Shown: positions 7,676-16,282 of the stretch, piece after piece
How positions within the stretch are numbered: position 1 is the stretch's first letter
Layout of the letters: each line of letters starts with the position of its first letter
Assembly (NCBI GenBank): GCA_048938895.1
Contig: JBHLLU010000071.1
Coordinates: 1 to 17,974, forward strand
Source of the DNA: Promethearchaeota archaeon
GTDB taxonomy: Archaea; Asgardarchaeota; Lokiarchaeia; Sigyniarchaeales; SOKP01
Direction of reading: 5' to 3'
Length of the DNA stretch: 17,974 bases
Notes under the pieces: model-generated
The model's input: the letters and a program-made list of their open reading frames with translations, nothing else
Database searches by the model: none
Told to the model about the DNA's origin: nothing
Made by a program: the position numbers and the translations under genes

Positions 7676-9760
7676 TCAATCAATAGGATAATCTAATGCT
7701 AAATTTCGAATTTTTTTTCTGATAGATTCTTTTTGCTCAATGATTTTCTTTACATAATTTGAAATTTCTTCTCTTTTGCCAATATCTGTCGGGAAAGGTA
7801 AGAGAATTTCCATGATTCGGTTTCCGATTGTAGCAATTGTTCCTTGAACAAAAGTTATTGCCTTAATTTGTTTTTGTACGATTTCTAAATTCAATAAAAA
7901 TAAAAGAAGGTATGGATCAATATATTCTTCATTCTCTAAGATTTTTAATTGAAAGATATGGCTCTGAATAATAATCTTCTTATCCATTTCGCTAATATAA
8001 GCGGTTTTTCCTATTAAATTAGGGCCACCATCTTTTACTAGCAAGATATCCCCTACTTCAATGTTCTGTTTTTCTTTATATTGTTCATATACTTCTTCAC
8101 TTGTTTTCTTATATGAATCCAAATTTATTTCCCAATCATTAATTTCACTTGTTCGAATAAATGGAATCTCACCTAATCCGTAGAGATGTGAGCCAATTTC
8201 ATCTCCTCTAGGGAGATAACCTCCTTTGTTAGTATAAAATATCTTTCTATCAGTTAATTCCTTGATTGAGAGAAGTTGTATTTTTTCATTATTCGCAAGT
8301 TTCCTTAAAGTCTTTTCAACTCCTGTATAATACGCGGGAATAAAGATTTTGTTTTTAATTTGACTATATTTAATTTTAAAGATGGTCTGATCTTTTAAGA
8401 AATCAAATTGCTCAGCTTCCTTTAATCTAAAATTTAATTTGTCTAAATCATCATTTATAATCGCTAACCCATTAGAGTCTAGTTCTTTACTACCATCTTT
8501 ATTAAGTTTATATAATATTTTGCCATCTTTATCATGTCCCACATTTTCTACAATAGCAAAATCAATTAAAAAATCCTTTGGAATCTTTTTTAATTTCTGG
8601 AAAAAGAGAATACTGGTTTTATTACATGTATAGGGTTGAAACGCATTTTGATCTAAGGAGACTATCCCCATTATTACACCATTTGAGGTTAAGTATTCCC
8701 AAATATAACGATCAGAAGGATTTCCAAATATTCCTTCTGGAAGTATAATTCCTAATTTTCCTTTGTCTTTAAGTAATTGAACACATCTTTCAATAAATAA
8801 AACTTGAGGAGATTGTTGCTTTACAAGTTTATTTTGCATTTTCCATTTATCACTGGTATTTTTCCAGACATATCCTAACTGATAATTTTTTAAAACTGTA
8901 CGATTATTAATAGGGATTTTGGCCCCAAAGGGAGGATTGGTAAAGATAAAATCAAAGCTCTCATTTTGTATTGCTTTCTTAGCTTCTGCTCTGTAACTAC
9001 TTGGATCCAGTGAATCTTCACAAAAAATATTAGATTTTCCATTACTTAATATATCTAAGTACAATCTACTGATTTTTGCTAAAAACATATCTTTATCAAT
9101 ACCATATAAATTTGAAATAGCATTAATCTTCTCATTCTCTATTTCTGTCTTATCCCATAGAAGATCCTTACTTTCAAGAAGGAATCCTCCGTGACCACAT
9201 GCAGGATCCAAAATCTTTGTGTTAACCTCCGGATTCAAATAGTTTATCATGAATTTTACTATATTTGGGGGTGTAAAAAATTGACCGGCTTCATCTTTCA
9301 AAATCTTACTTACGAATACTTCAAACGCATCCCTAAATATATCCTTAGAAGATTGAACTAGTGAAATATTTTGTAATTCATTCACTATTAAATAAATAAG
9401 TTCTTTAGTAAGTTTAATCTGCTCATCTTCATCAAGAACATCTTTATATTTGAAACGAACCTTTTTATCAAAAAATTCTCTGATTCTATTGTATAAAGCC
9501 TCAGGAGTTTCTCCATCCTTTATACAAAAATCTAAATAATCTTCAGAATTTTTAGAAACCTCGTCAATTAACTTACAGAACAAAAGGTTAATGATTTGTT
9601 TTGAACGAGCTCTTGTGTCAGTATCAGTATACTTTAATTTTCCGTATAAATGTTGATTTATGACATTGAATAACTCTTTTAAGTTTGGAGACTTGATTAA
9701 ATCCTTTTTTTTTAATCCCCCCGATTCTTTAGTTAAATATTTCGTGAGATTCTCAGGCAT
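7676..9760 (-). CDS. N6-adenine DNA methyltransferase (HsdM/gamma class) fused to a single HsdS-like TRD; no nuclease domain
   Basis: GQFFTP, ILDPACGHGGFL (motif I), FTNPPFG (motif IV), GIILPEG. The C-terminal region has IPFIRTSEI...GDILLVKDG...IG..A, typical of TRDs. Confidence 0.9.
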   Translation of the reverse strand: MPENLTKYLTKESGGLKKKDLIKSPNLKELFNVINQHLYGKLKYTDTDTRARSKQIINLLFCKLIDEVSKNSEDYLDFCIKDGETPEALYNRIREFFDKKVRFKYKDVLDEDEQIKLTKELIYLIVNELQNISLVQSSKDIFRDAFEVFVSKILKDEAGQFFTPPNIVKFMINYLNPEVNTKILDPACGHGGFLLESKDLLWDKTEIENEKINAISNLYGIDKDMFLAKISRLYLDILSNGKSNIFCEDSLDPSSYRAEAKKAIQNESFDFIFTNPPFGAKIPINNRTVLKNYQLGYVWKNTSDKWKMQNKLVKQQSPQVLFIERCVQLLKDKGKLGIILPEGIFGNPSDRYIWEYLTSNGVIMGIVSLDQNAFQPYTCNKTSILFFQKLKKIPKDFLIDFAIVENVGHDKDGKILYKLNKDGSKELDSNGLAIINDDLDKLNFRLKEAEQFDFLKDQTIFKIKYSQIKNKIFIPAYYTGVEKTLRKLANNEKIQLLSIKELTDRKIFYTNKGGYLPRGDEIGSHLYGLGEIPFIRTSEINDWEINLDSYKKTSEEVYEQYKEKQNIEVGDILLVKDGGPNLIGKTAYISEMDKKIIIQSHIFQLKILENEEYIDPYLLLFLLNLEIVQKQIKAITFVQGTIATIGNRIMEILLPFPTDIGKREEISNYVKKIIEQKESIRKKIRNLALDYPID

Positions 9761-10039
9761 TTATATGGGTTTATCAGAATATTTAGCTTTGAGCATTTTA
9801 CTTTTTATATAAGTCAATAAAATTGAACCATTATATTATTATTTTTTATTAATTGAAAATTAATGCGAGATGTGCTATTTTGTCATTTAGAGATTAATCT
9901 AGTACAATAATAAGGATTAAATTCCATTTACCCATACAATTTCAGAAATTGATAAATTTTAAAACCTAAATAACGCTAATAAAACTTAATTAGTTATTGT
10001 TTTACCAAAAGCTAATTAAACCTAAGAAAAAAGAAAAGT

Positions 10040-10054
10040 CGAAAAGTATAAAAA
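10040..10054 (+). promoter_or_regulatory. Putative archaeal BRE + TATA box of albA
   Basis: CGAAAAG-TATAAAAA about 40-50 nt upstream of the ATG, leaving room for a short leader containing the SD. Confidence 0.6.
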
Positions 10055-10080
10055 AGAAAATCTTAACGTAAGCATCGAAA

Positions 10081-10087
10081 AGGTGAT
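10081..10087 (+). promoter_or_regulatory. Shine-Dalgarno site (AGGTGAT) of albA
   Basis: AGGTGA-TATTAT-ATG. Confidence 0.8.
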
Positions 10088-10092
10088 ATTAT

Positions 10093-10374
10093 ATGGCTAA
10101 GAAAGATGATACAAAAGTTTTTATCGGCAGAAAGAAGTCAATTAATTATGTAATGGCTGCTATGGTTGTTTTGAATGAAAAACCTGTAAGATTACTCGCT
10201 CGTGGACGATCTATCTCACGAGCTGTGGATGTTGCAGAGATACTTATAAACAAATTCGTAAAAGGTGCAACCTATGGAGAAATTCTGATTGATACAGAAT
10301 CCATTACTAATACTGATGGCACAAATAATAATGTATCTTCAATTGAAATTGAAATTCTTCCGCCAAAAAAATAA
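10093..10374 (+). CDS. albA: DNA/RNA-binding protein Alba (Sac10b family)
   Basis: VFIG.K...NYV.A, ARGRSISRAVDVAE and VSSIEI motifs; 93 aa. Confidence 0.95.
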   Translation: MAKKDDTKVFIGRKKSINYVMAAMVVLNEKPVRLLARGRSISRAVDVAEILINKFVKGATYGEILIDTESITNTDGTNNNVSSIEIEILPPKK

Positions 10375-10392
10375 ATCCAAATAAAATTTCAG

Positions 10393-10435
10393 GAGAAAAT
10401 CAGGAGACTTTCTCGATTCTTTTTTTTATTTTTTT
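10393..10435 (+). terminator. Oligo-T terminator preceded by a weak hairpin
   Basis: GAGAAA...TTTCTC (or AATC-AG-GAGA/TCTC-GATT) followed by T8-A-T7. Confidence 0.6.
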
Positions 10436-10472
10436 GTATTAATTTTTACGTAAAATTAAATCATTTTGCACA

Positions 10473-11336
10473 TTACTTGTGGAAGTGATATTCATCTACA
10501 TCCATTATAGGACGATAACCAATTTTTTGATAAATACTATTAGAGGTTGGATTACTTAAGTCTGTAAATAAGAAGCAGTAGCTATTTCCTTCTTCTAATA
10601 AAAGCTTAGATAATCTTGCCACACATTCTGTTGCATATCCCTTTTTTCTTAACTGGGGTGGTGTATAAACCATATTGATAGAATTTCCATTAATGGATTT
10701 TCCCGCTTTACGCGCCATTGATACAGGTACCTCATTATCAAATAACAGTACAATCCTTCCTTCATCAATATCTTCCTTAATGTGCCCCAAGGATTGCTCT
10801 ATCATTTCTGGTGTTCTATCAGGTAGTGCTTCCAATATAAACTCTCGTCCCCACTGTCGAATAATGTTTTCATAAGCAGTTGTAGCTGTTATGAACTTAT
10901 GCTTTCCTAGAGTATCCGGATTTACGATCTCTAATTTGTAAAGTCTTTCGTTCAACGATATTTTAGCTTTAACATTATTTATTTCACTCCATAGCTTAAC
11001 GAATCTTTTTGCTCCTTCTTTAAATGCCACCACTCCGGGTATTTCCGATTCTTTTTTCCCTAAAGCATCAATTAATATATCAACTGTTTTTAATTCAGCT
11101 GTATATGATAAAACTTGGTTATACGGAGGTGTTCTAAAGGACACTAACTTAATTTCGTCATCTACACTTACTGTACTCAAGATAGGATGTATATTACCAT
11201 ATCTCTCTATGTTTATTTTCAGTGCATTGAGGATTGAAATTTGGAGGCTATTTTCAACTTCGTTTTTTAGTAAAAATGGTAATACGATTTCATAAAATTC
11301 ATCTATATTCGTATAGAATCTTGAATCGAACTTCAA
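10473..11336 (-). CDS. GNAT acetyltransferase, two-domain (COG3393/FR47-like)
   Basis: VYTPPQLRKKGYA and LFTDLSNPTSNSIYQKIGY. The TTG start overlaps the upstream TGA (TTGA) and has a GGAG SD. Confidence 0.9.
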   Translation of the reverse strand: MKFDSRFYTNIDEFYEIVLPFLLKNEVENSLQISILNALKINIERYGNIHPILSTVSVDDEIKLVSFRTPPYNQVLSYTAELKTVDILIDALGKKESEIPGVVAFKEGAKRFVKLWSEINNVKAKISLNERLYKLEIVNPDTLGKHKFITATTAYENIIRQWGREFILEALPDRTPEMIEQSLGHIKEDIDEGRIVLLFDNEVPVSMARKAGKSINGNSINMVYTPPQLRKKGYATECVARLSKLLLEEGNSYCFLFTDLSNPTSNSIYQKIGYRPIMDVDEYHFHK

Positions 11337-11638
11337 TTGGGCATCTCTCCTTTTAAATCTTCTAATTGTTTTACAATAATATCGACATCCGATTTAGTTG
11401 CATTTTTTTCATTTAATTTAACTAGTAAACTTACAATATCTTTTACAAGTGGATTTTCTAATATTATGCATTTCTGATTTACAGTGTTCACATCTAATAT
11501 TAGTGCTGATTCCAGAATTTCTCCCATTCCAATTACATCTTTAAGAACTAACTTGCTTTCATTATTGTATGATATTAACACAATATCCTCTAAAATTTGA
11601 GAATTATCATTCATTCGAATTATTTTAAATTCACACAA
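11333..11638 (-). CDS. cooT: CooT-family nickel-binding protein with a C-terminal helical extension
   Basis: MCE N-terminus, ILEDI, LVLKDVIG and I.DVN.V..K.II match the CooT pattern. TTG start with a GAGAGG SD. Confidence 0.75.
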   Translation of the reverse strand: MCEFKIIRMNDNSQILEDIVLISYNNESKLVLKDVIGMGEILESALILDVNTVNQKCIILENPLVKDIVSLLVKLNEKNATKSDVDIIVKQLEDLKGEMPN

Positions 11639-11737
11639 AAATTATATGCCTCTCAATAAATTTGAAGATTTTTTTAATACGATTTAAAAGAATAATATAT
11701 TTATATTAAATCTTCTTTCTTTATGATTGAAATCTAA

Positions 11738-11745
11738 TTTTAAAT
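11738..11745 (+). promoter_or_regulatory. Putative TATA box of amidase 1
   Basis: TTTAAATA ends 28 nt before ATG 11774, consistent with a leaderless or short-leader transcript. The AT-rich background lowers certainty. Confidence 0.45.
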
Positions 11746-11773
11746 AGAGATTCATACAATTAAAAGTGCAATT

Positions 11774-13228
11774 ATGTTAGATATGAAAAAAGAAGAACTT
11801 TGTTATATGTCTGCTTACGAAATGGCAGAAAAAATAAAAAATCAAGAACTTACTTCGGAAGAAATAACTGAAATAATTATTGAGAGGATAGAAAAGATCA
11901 ACCCTATAATTAATGTTTATTGTACTCCTACTTTTGAATTAGCTCGAGAGATGGCAAAAAAAGCGGATAAAGCAGTAAAGGAAGGGGAGAAATTAAGATT
12001 ATTACACGGGATACCTACCTCTATAAAGGATGAAACGGACACCAAAGGTATTAGAACCACTTATGGTAGCTATTTATTTGAGAATAATGTCCCGAGGGAG
12101 GATGAAGCCATAGTTAGAAGGCTAAGAGAAGAAGGTATTGTAATTTTGGGGAAAACAAATACACCAGAATTTGGATATAAAGGTGAAACTGACAACTTAA
12201 TTTTTGGCATCACTAAGAATCCTTGGAATTTGGAGAGGACTACGGGTGGGTCTAGTGGTGGTGCCGCTGGTGCTGTGGCTTCAGGATTAGGTCCAATCGG
12301 CATAGGTTCCGATGGGGGTGGATCTATTAGGATTCCAAGTAGTTTTTGCGGAGTTTTTGGTCTTAAATCTACTTATGGTAGGGTACCTCAAGCTGATATG
12401 AAATTAATGGGTTATCTTGGTACATTTGTACATAGAGGCCCTCTTGTAAGATATGTAAGAGATGCTGCTTTAGTATTAGATATAATAGCGGGTCAAGATG
12501 ATTCTGATAGATATTCGGTTCCAAAACCAAATTATAGTTATATTGAAAAGCTAGATGAAAAACCAAGTAAGTTGAAGATAGGTTATTCCTTAGACATGGG
12601 ATTTGCAGAAGCTCTTGATCCTGAAGTTGAGAAGGTCGTTTTAGATGGGATACAAAATTTTGAAGAATTCGGTTGGTCGATAGAAAAGACTAGAGTAAGA
12701 TTGAGAAATCCTGAATCAATATTTATGACCATCTGGAGTGTTGGATTTGCTTATACTCTTGGACCTTATTTAGATACTGCAAAAGAGAAAATGGATCCGG
12801 GTCTTGTAGATATGATAAATCTTGGCTTAACATTTTCTACAAAAGACATAAAGATAGCAGAAGTTCAAAGAGAAATGATTTATGAGGAGATTTGCAAGAT
12901 ATTCAGAAAAGTTGATATATTGATAACTCCAACCCTTGCATGTCCTGCGTTTGAATTGGGTAAATCTGCGGTAAATAGGGAAACAATGACTACAGATATA
13001 ATTATTGATGGGAAAAATGTGTCATCAACAGGATGGCTACCTTTTACTTATCCATTTAATGCAAGTGGTCATCCAGCAGCATCAATTCCATGCGGTTGGT
13101 CTAGTGACGGTTTACCTATTGGAATGCAAATAGTAGGAGACAGATTTGATGAATTAACGATTCTTCAAGTATCGAAAGCCTTCGAAGATCTCGCCCCATG
13201 GCAGGATAAAAAGCCTAAATTCGAATAG
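11774..13228 (+). CDS. Amidase-signature family amidase, paralog 1 (alternative start 11783)
   Basis: PTSIKD (Lys), GKTNTPEF, GGSSGG (cis-Ser), GSDGGGSIR (Ser nucleophile) and GLPIGMQIVG. Confidence 0.95.
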   Translation: MLDMKKEELCYMSAYEMAEKIKNQELTSEEITEIIIERIEKINPIINVYCTPTFELAREMAKKADKAVKEGEKLRLLHGIPTSIKDETDTKGIRTTYGSYLFENNVPREDEAIVRRLREEGIVILGKTNTPEFGYKGETDNLIFGITKNPWNLERTTGGSSGGAAGAVASGLGPIGIGSDGGGSIRIPSSFCGVFGLKSTYGRVPQADMKLMGYLGTFVHRGPLVRYVRDAALVLDIIAGQDDSDRYSVPKPNYSYIEKLDEKPSKLKIGYSLDMGFAEALDPEVEKVVLDGIQNFEEFGWSIEKTRVRLRNPESIFMTIWSVGFAYTLGPYLDTAKEKMDPGLVDMINLGLTFSTKDIKIAEVQREMIYEEICKIFRKVDILITPTLACPAFELGKSAVNRETMTTDIIIDGKNVSSTGWLPFTYPFNASGHPAASIPCGWSSDGLPIGMQIVGDRFDELTILQVSKAFEDLAPWQDKKPKFE

Positions 13229-13252
13229 TATTTTTTTGTTTTTATTTTATTT
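13229..13252 (+). terminator. Oligo-T terminator after amidase 1
   Basis: TATTTTTTTGTTTTTATTTTATTT immediately follows TAG. Confidence 0.65.
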
Positions 13253-13326
13253 GGTGGGAAGAAACTTCTTTTTAAGAGTGTAATTTTAAGATATGTATAA
13301 TCATATATTTTAATTTAAAGGTCAAG

Positions 13327-14748
13327 ATGATGAATAAAAAGAGCATTTGTTTTATGTCCGCTTGGGAAATGAAGGAAAAAATAGCTAACCAAGAATTAAC
13401 ATCACAAGAGATAACTGAAATTATAATAGAAAGAATAGAAAAAATAAATCCGATAATAAATGCCTATTGTACTACGACTTTTGATTTAGCACGGGAGATG
13501 GCAAAGGAAGCAGATGATAGAGTAAAGAGAAATGAAAAAATATCTCTTCTTAATGGGATTCCTACCTCTATAAAAGACTTAGTTCCTGTAAAAGGGGTAA
13601 GAACTACTTTTGGGTCAAGAATTTTTGAACATAATGTTCCTGAAGAGGATGCTATTGTTGTCTCACGGCTAAAGGATGCAGGTTGTGTTATCTTAGGAAA
13701 AACAAATACACCAGAATTCGGTTATAAAGGAGTTACTGACAATTTAATATTTGGAGTAACCCCTAATCCATGGAATCTTGAATTGACTTCTGGTGGTTCT
13801 AGTGGGGGTGCTGCTACATCCGTAGTTTGTGGTATGGGTCCATTAGCTCAGGGTTCTGATGGAGGTGGATCTATTAGGCATCCTTCATGCTTTTGTGGTG
13901 CTTATGGTCTTAAACCTAGCTTTGGAAGAGTTCCGATTTACCCAATAACTTTTCATAGTGGTCAAACTTTATCTGTTATCGGTCCGATTGTAAGATATGT
14001 TTCTGATGCAGCATTAATGTTGGATGCCATGAAAGGACCATTTGAGGGTGATAAGCACTCATTACCTGAGGATAATGTAAAATATTCTGAATGTATTAAT
14101 GAAAAACCAGATAAATTGAAGATTGGTTATACATTAGATTTAGGCTATGCAAAAGTTATCGATAAAGAAGTTGAAAAAGGATTTCATAATGCGGTCAATA
14201 TATTTGAGTCATTTGGATGGGAAGTGGAGGAAGCAAAATTTAAAGAATTTGATCCCTCTGTTGCATTCAGCACTATGTGGCTTGTAATGTTTGGATATGA
14301 ATTAAAACCTTATTTGGAGGAATGGAGAGATAAACTAGATCCTGGTTTAGTAACTTGGGTTGAAGCAGGATTACGATTCCCTGCTTCAAGTTTACCAGAT
14401 TCTATGAGAGCCCGTAGCGAGTTCTACCAATCGATATATGAAACTTTTAGAGATTATGATATACTTCTTACCCCATCAACAGCAGTTCCTGCTTTTGATT
14501 CAAGAAAACCTTACCCTTCTCAAATAAATGGAATAGATGTATCTCCTACTGCTTGGCAAGCATTCACATTTCCGTTTAATTTTACAGGACATCCTGCTGC
14601 TACTATTCCATGTGGCTGGACAAGCGGGAACCTGCCAATTGGATTACAAATCGTGGGTAAAAGATTCCAGGAGCTTCTAATTTTACAGGTCTCGAAAGCA
14701 TTTGAAGAAGTAGCCCCTTGGCAAGATAGAAAACCTGAAATTAATTGA
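13327..14748 (+). CDS. Amidase-signature family amidase, paralog 2 (start probably 13330)
   Basis: PTSIKD, GGSSGG and GSDGGGSIR are intact. SD spacing (AGGT) and paralog alignment favour the second ATG. Confidence 0.95.
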   Translation: MMNKKSICFMSAWEMKEKIANQELTSQEITEIIIERIEKINPIINAYCTTTFDLAREMAKEADDRVKRNEKISLLNGIPTSIKDLVPVKGVRTTFGSRIFEHNVPEEDAIVVSRLKDAGCVILGKTNTPEFGYKGVTDNLIFGVTPNPWNLELTSGGSSGGAATSVVCGMGPLAQGSDGGGSIRHPSCFCGAYGLKPSFGRVPIYPITFHSGQTLSVIGPIVRYVSDAALMLDAMKGPFEGDKHSLPEDNVKYSECINEKPDKLKIGYTLDLGYAKVIDKEVEKGFHNAVNIFESFGWEVEEAKFKEFDPSVAFSTMWLVMFGYELKPYLEEWRDKLDPGLVTWVEAGLRFPASSLPDSMRARSEFYQSIYETFRDYDILLTPSTAVPAFDSRKPYPSQINGIDVSPTAWQAFTFPFNFTGHPAATIPCGWTSGNLPIGLQIVGKRFQELLILQVSKAFEEVAPWQDRKPEIN

Positions 14749-14793
14749 TACCATAAATGAAGACTGAGATTAAAAAAAAATAGTGAGAATGAA

Positions 14794-16257
14794 ATGAATA
14801 AAGACGATATTTGTTATATGCCTGCTTGGGAGATGAAAGATAAAATCACTCGACAAGAACTAACTTCAGAAGAATTAACTGAAATTATTATTGAAAGAAT
14901 GAAAAAAATTAATCCTATTATTAATGCCTATTGCACTCCAACTTTTGAGTTAGCTCGCGATTTAGCAAAAGAGGCAGATAAGGTTGTAAAGAATGATGAA
15001 AAAGTAGGAATTGTGCATGGTATCCCAACTTCTATAAAAGATAATGTGGACGTGAAAGGGTTTCGAACAACTTTCGGGTGTAAACTTTTCGAAAACTTCA
15101 TCTCGGAAGCTGATGATATATCAGTCAAAAGGTTAAAAAACGCAGGAGCAGTTATCTTAGGAAAAACTAACTTGCCTGCATTTGGATACAAAGGAGTGAC
15201 TGATAATTTAATCTTTGGTGAAACTAAAAATCCTTGGCATCTGGAAAGAACTTGTGGCGGTTCAAGTGGTGGCGCTGCCGCAGCTGCTGCTTCAGGAATA
15301 AGTCCTTTGGCACTAGGATCTGACGGAGGAGGATCTGTCAGAATTCCTAGTGGTTTTTGTGGATTATTTGGGATCAAACCTTCTTTTGGAAGAATCCCTC
15401 ATACCTCAATGAAAATAGAAGGAAACCTAGGAACACTTGTTAATAAAGGACCTCTTGTGAGATATGTAAAGGATGCAGCATTAATGTTGGATGCATTAGT
15501 TGGCGCAGATGATATAGATCGATACTCATTACCAAAACCAAATTACAGCTTTTTTGAAAGGGTTGATGAAAGACCTCAACATCTAAAGATAGGATATACC
15601 ATTGATTTGGGAAATCTAGTAGTTATTCATTCTGAAGTAGAAAAATCTGTATTAGATTCTGTGAAAAAGTTCGAACATTTTGACTGGTCAGTTGAAAAGA
15701 GTAGTATTAACTTGCATACGACCAAGAATTTACTTGTCAGGGGAGACATTAGTGTAGAAAATTATAGTATGTCTTGGTGGGTTATGTGGACATACGGTCT
15801 AGGTTATTTTCTAAAATCTGCAATAGAGGAGCATAGAGATATTATGGATCCAGAATTGGTAGAGACAGCCGAAATTGGATATACTTTTTCTCCAGAAGTA
15901 ATCAATTTAGTAGAAATTCAGAGAGAAATAATTTACGACAATATCTGCAGGCATTTTAAAAACTATGATATTCTGGTAACCCCAACCTTGGCAACCCCCG
16001 CTTTTGAATTAGGTGTATCTTCCCCAGATAAAATTGATGGTAAAGATGCTCCATTAGGATCGTGGACACCATATACTCAACCGTTTAATATGAGTGGTCA
16101 TCCCGCAGCTACAGTTCCATGCGGATGGTCAAGTGATGGGCTACCCATAGGAATGCAAATTATTGGAAAGAGATTTGACGACTTAACCGTTCTTCAAGTA
16201 TCAAAAGCTTTTGAGGAGATTGCGCCATGGCAAGATAAAAGACCAAAATTTAATTAG
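14794..16257 (+). CDS. Amidase-signature family amidase, paralog 3
   Basis: PTSIKD, GGSSGG and GSDGGGSVR are intact. Confidence 0.95.
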   Translation: MNKDDICYMPAWEMKDKITRQELTSEELTEIIIERMKKINPIINAYCTPTFELARDLAKEADKVVKNDEKVGIVHGIPTSIKDNVDVKGFRTTFGCKLFENFISEADDISVKRLKNAGAVILGKTNLPAFGYKGVTDNLIFGETKNPWHLERTCGGSSGGAAAAAASGISPLALGSDGGGSVRIPSGFCGLFGIKPSFGRIPHTSMKIEGNLGTLVNKGPLVRYVKDAALMLDALVGADDIDRYSLPKPNYSFFERVDERPQHLKIGYTIDLGNLVVIHSEVEKSVLDSVKKFEHFDWSVEKSSINLHTTKNLLVRGDISVENYSMSWWVMWTYGLGYFLKSAIEEHRDIMDPELVETAEIGYTFSPEVINLVEIQREIIYDNICRHFKNYDILVTPTLATPAFELGVSSPDKIDGKDAPLGSWTPYTQPFNMSGHPAATVPCGWSSDGLPIGMQIIGKRFDDLTVLQVSKAFEEIAPWQDKRPKFN

Positions 16258-16282
16258 CATTAATAAAGTAATGGTGAAAGAA

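Noticed and set aside
9761-9796. In-frame mini-ORF MLKAKYSDKPI* whose stop abuts the MTase ATG (minus strand)
   Set aside because: It has only 11 codons, no SD, and its ATG is too close to the likely TATA box (about 9803-9812) to be transcribed. Probably chance, though a decayed N-terminus cannot be excluded.
9761-10092. 332-nt intergenic region as an ncRNA, CRISPR array or replication origin
   Set aside because: It is AT-rich with no GC-rich stems, spaced repeats or ORB-like boxes. Divergent promoters explain it adequately.
1797-10875. Short opposite-strand ORFs 1797-1997, 4040-4321, 4768-5115, 8439-8633 and 10675-10875
   Set aside because: Each is fully nested antisense to a well-supported gene, with Ser/Phe/Ile-rich composition typical of reverse-complemented Lys/Glu codons.
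4365-16257. Selenocysteine or pyrrolysine readthrough at TGA/TAG stops
   Set aside because: The stops fall where the domains or paralogs end, and I saw no convincing SECIS-like hairpin or conserved downstream extension.
16211-16282. ORF-track N-terminal extension of amidase 4 (TTG 16211)
   Set aside because: It overlaps the end of amidase 3. The SD and paralog alignment support ATG 16283.
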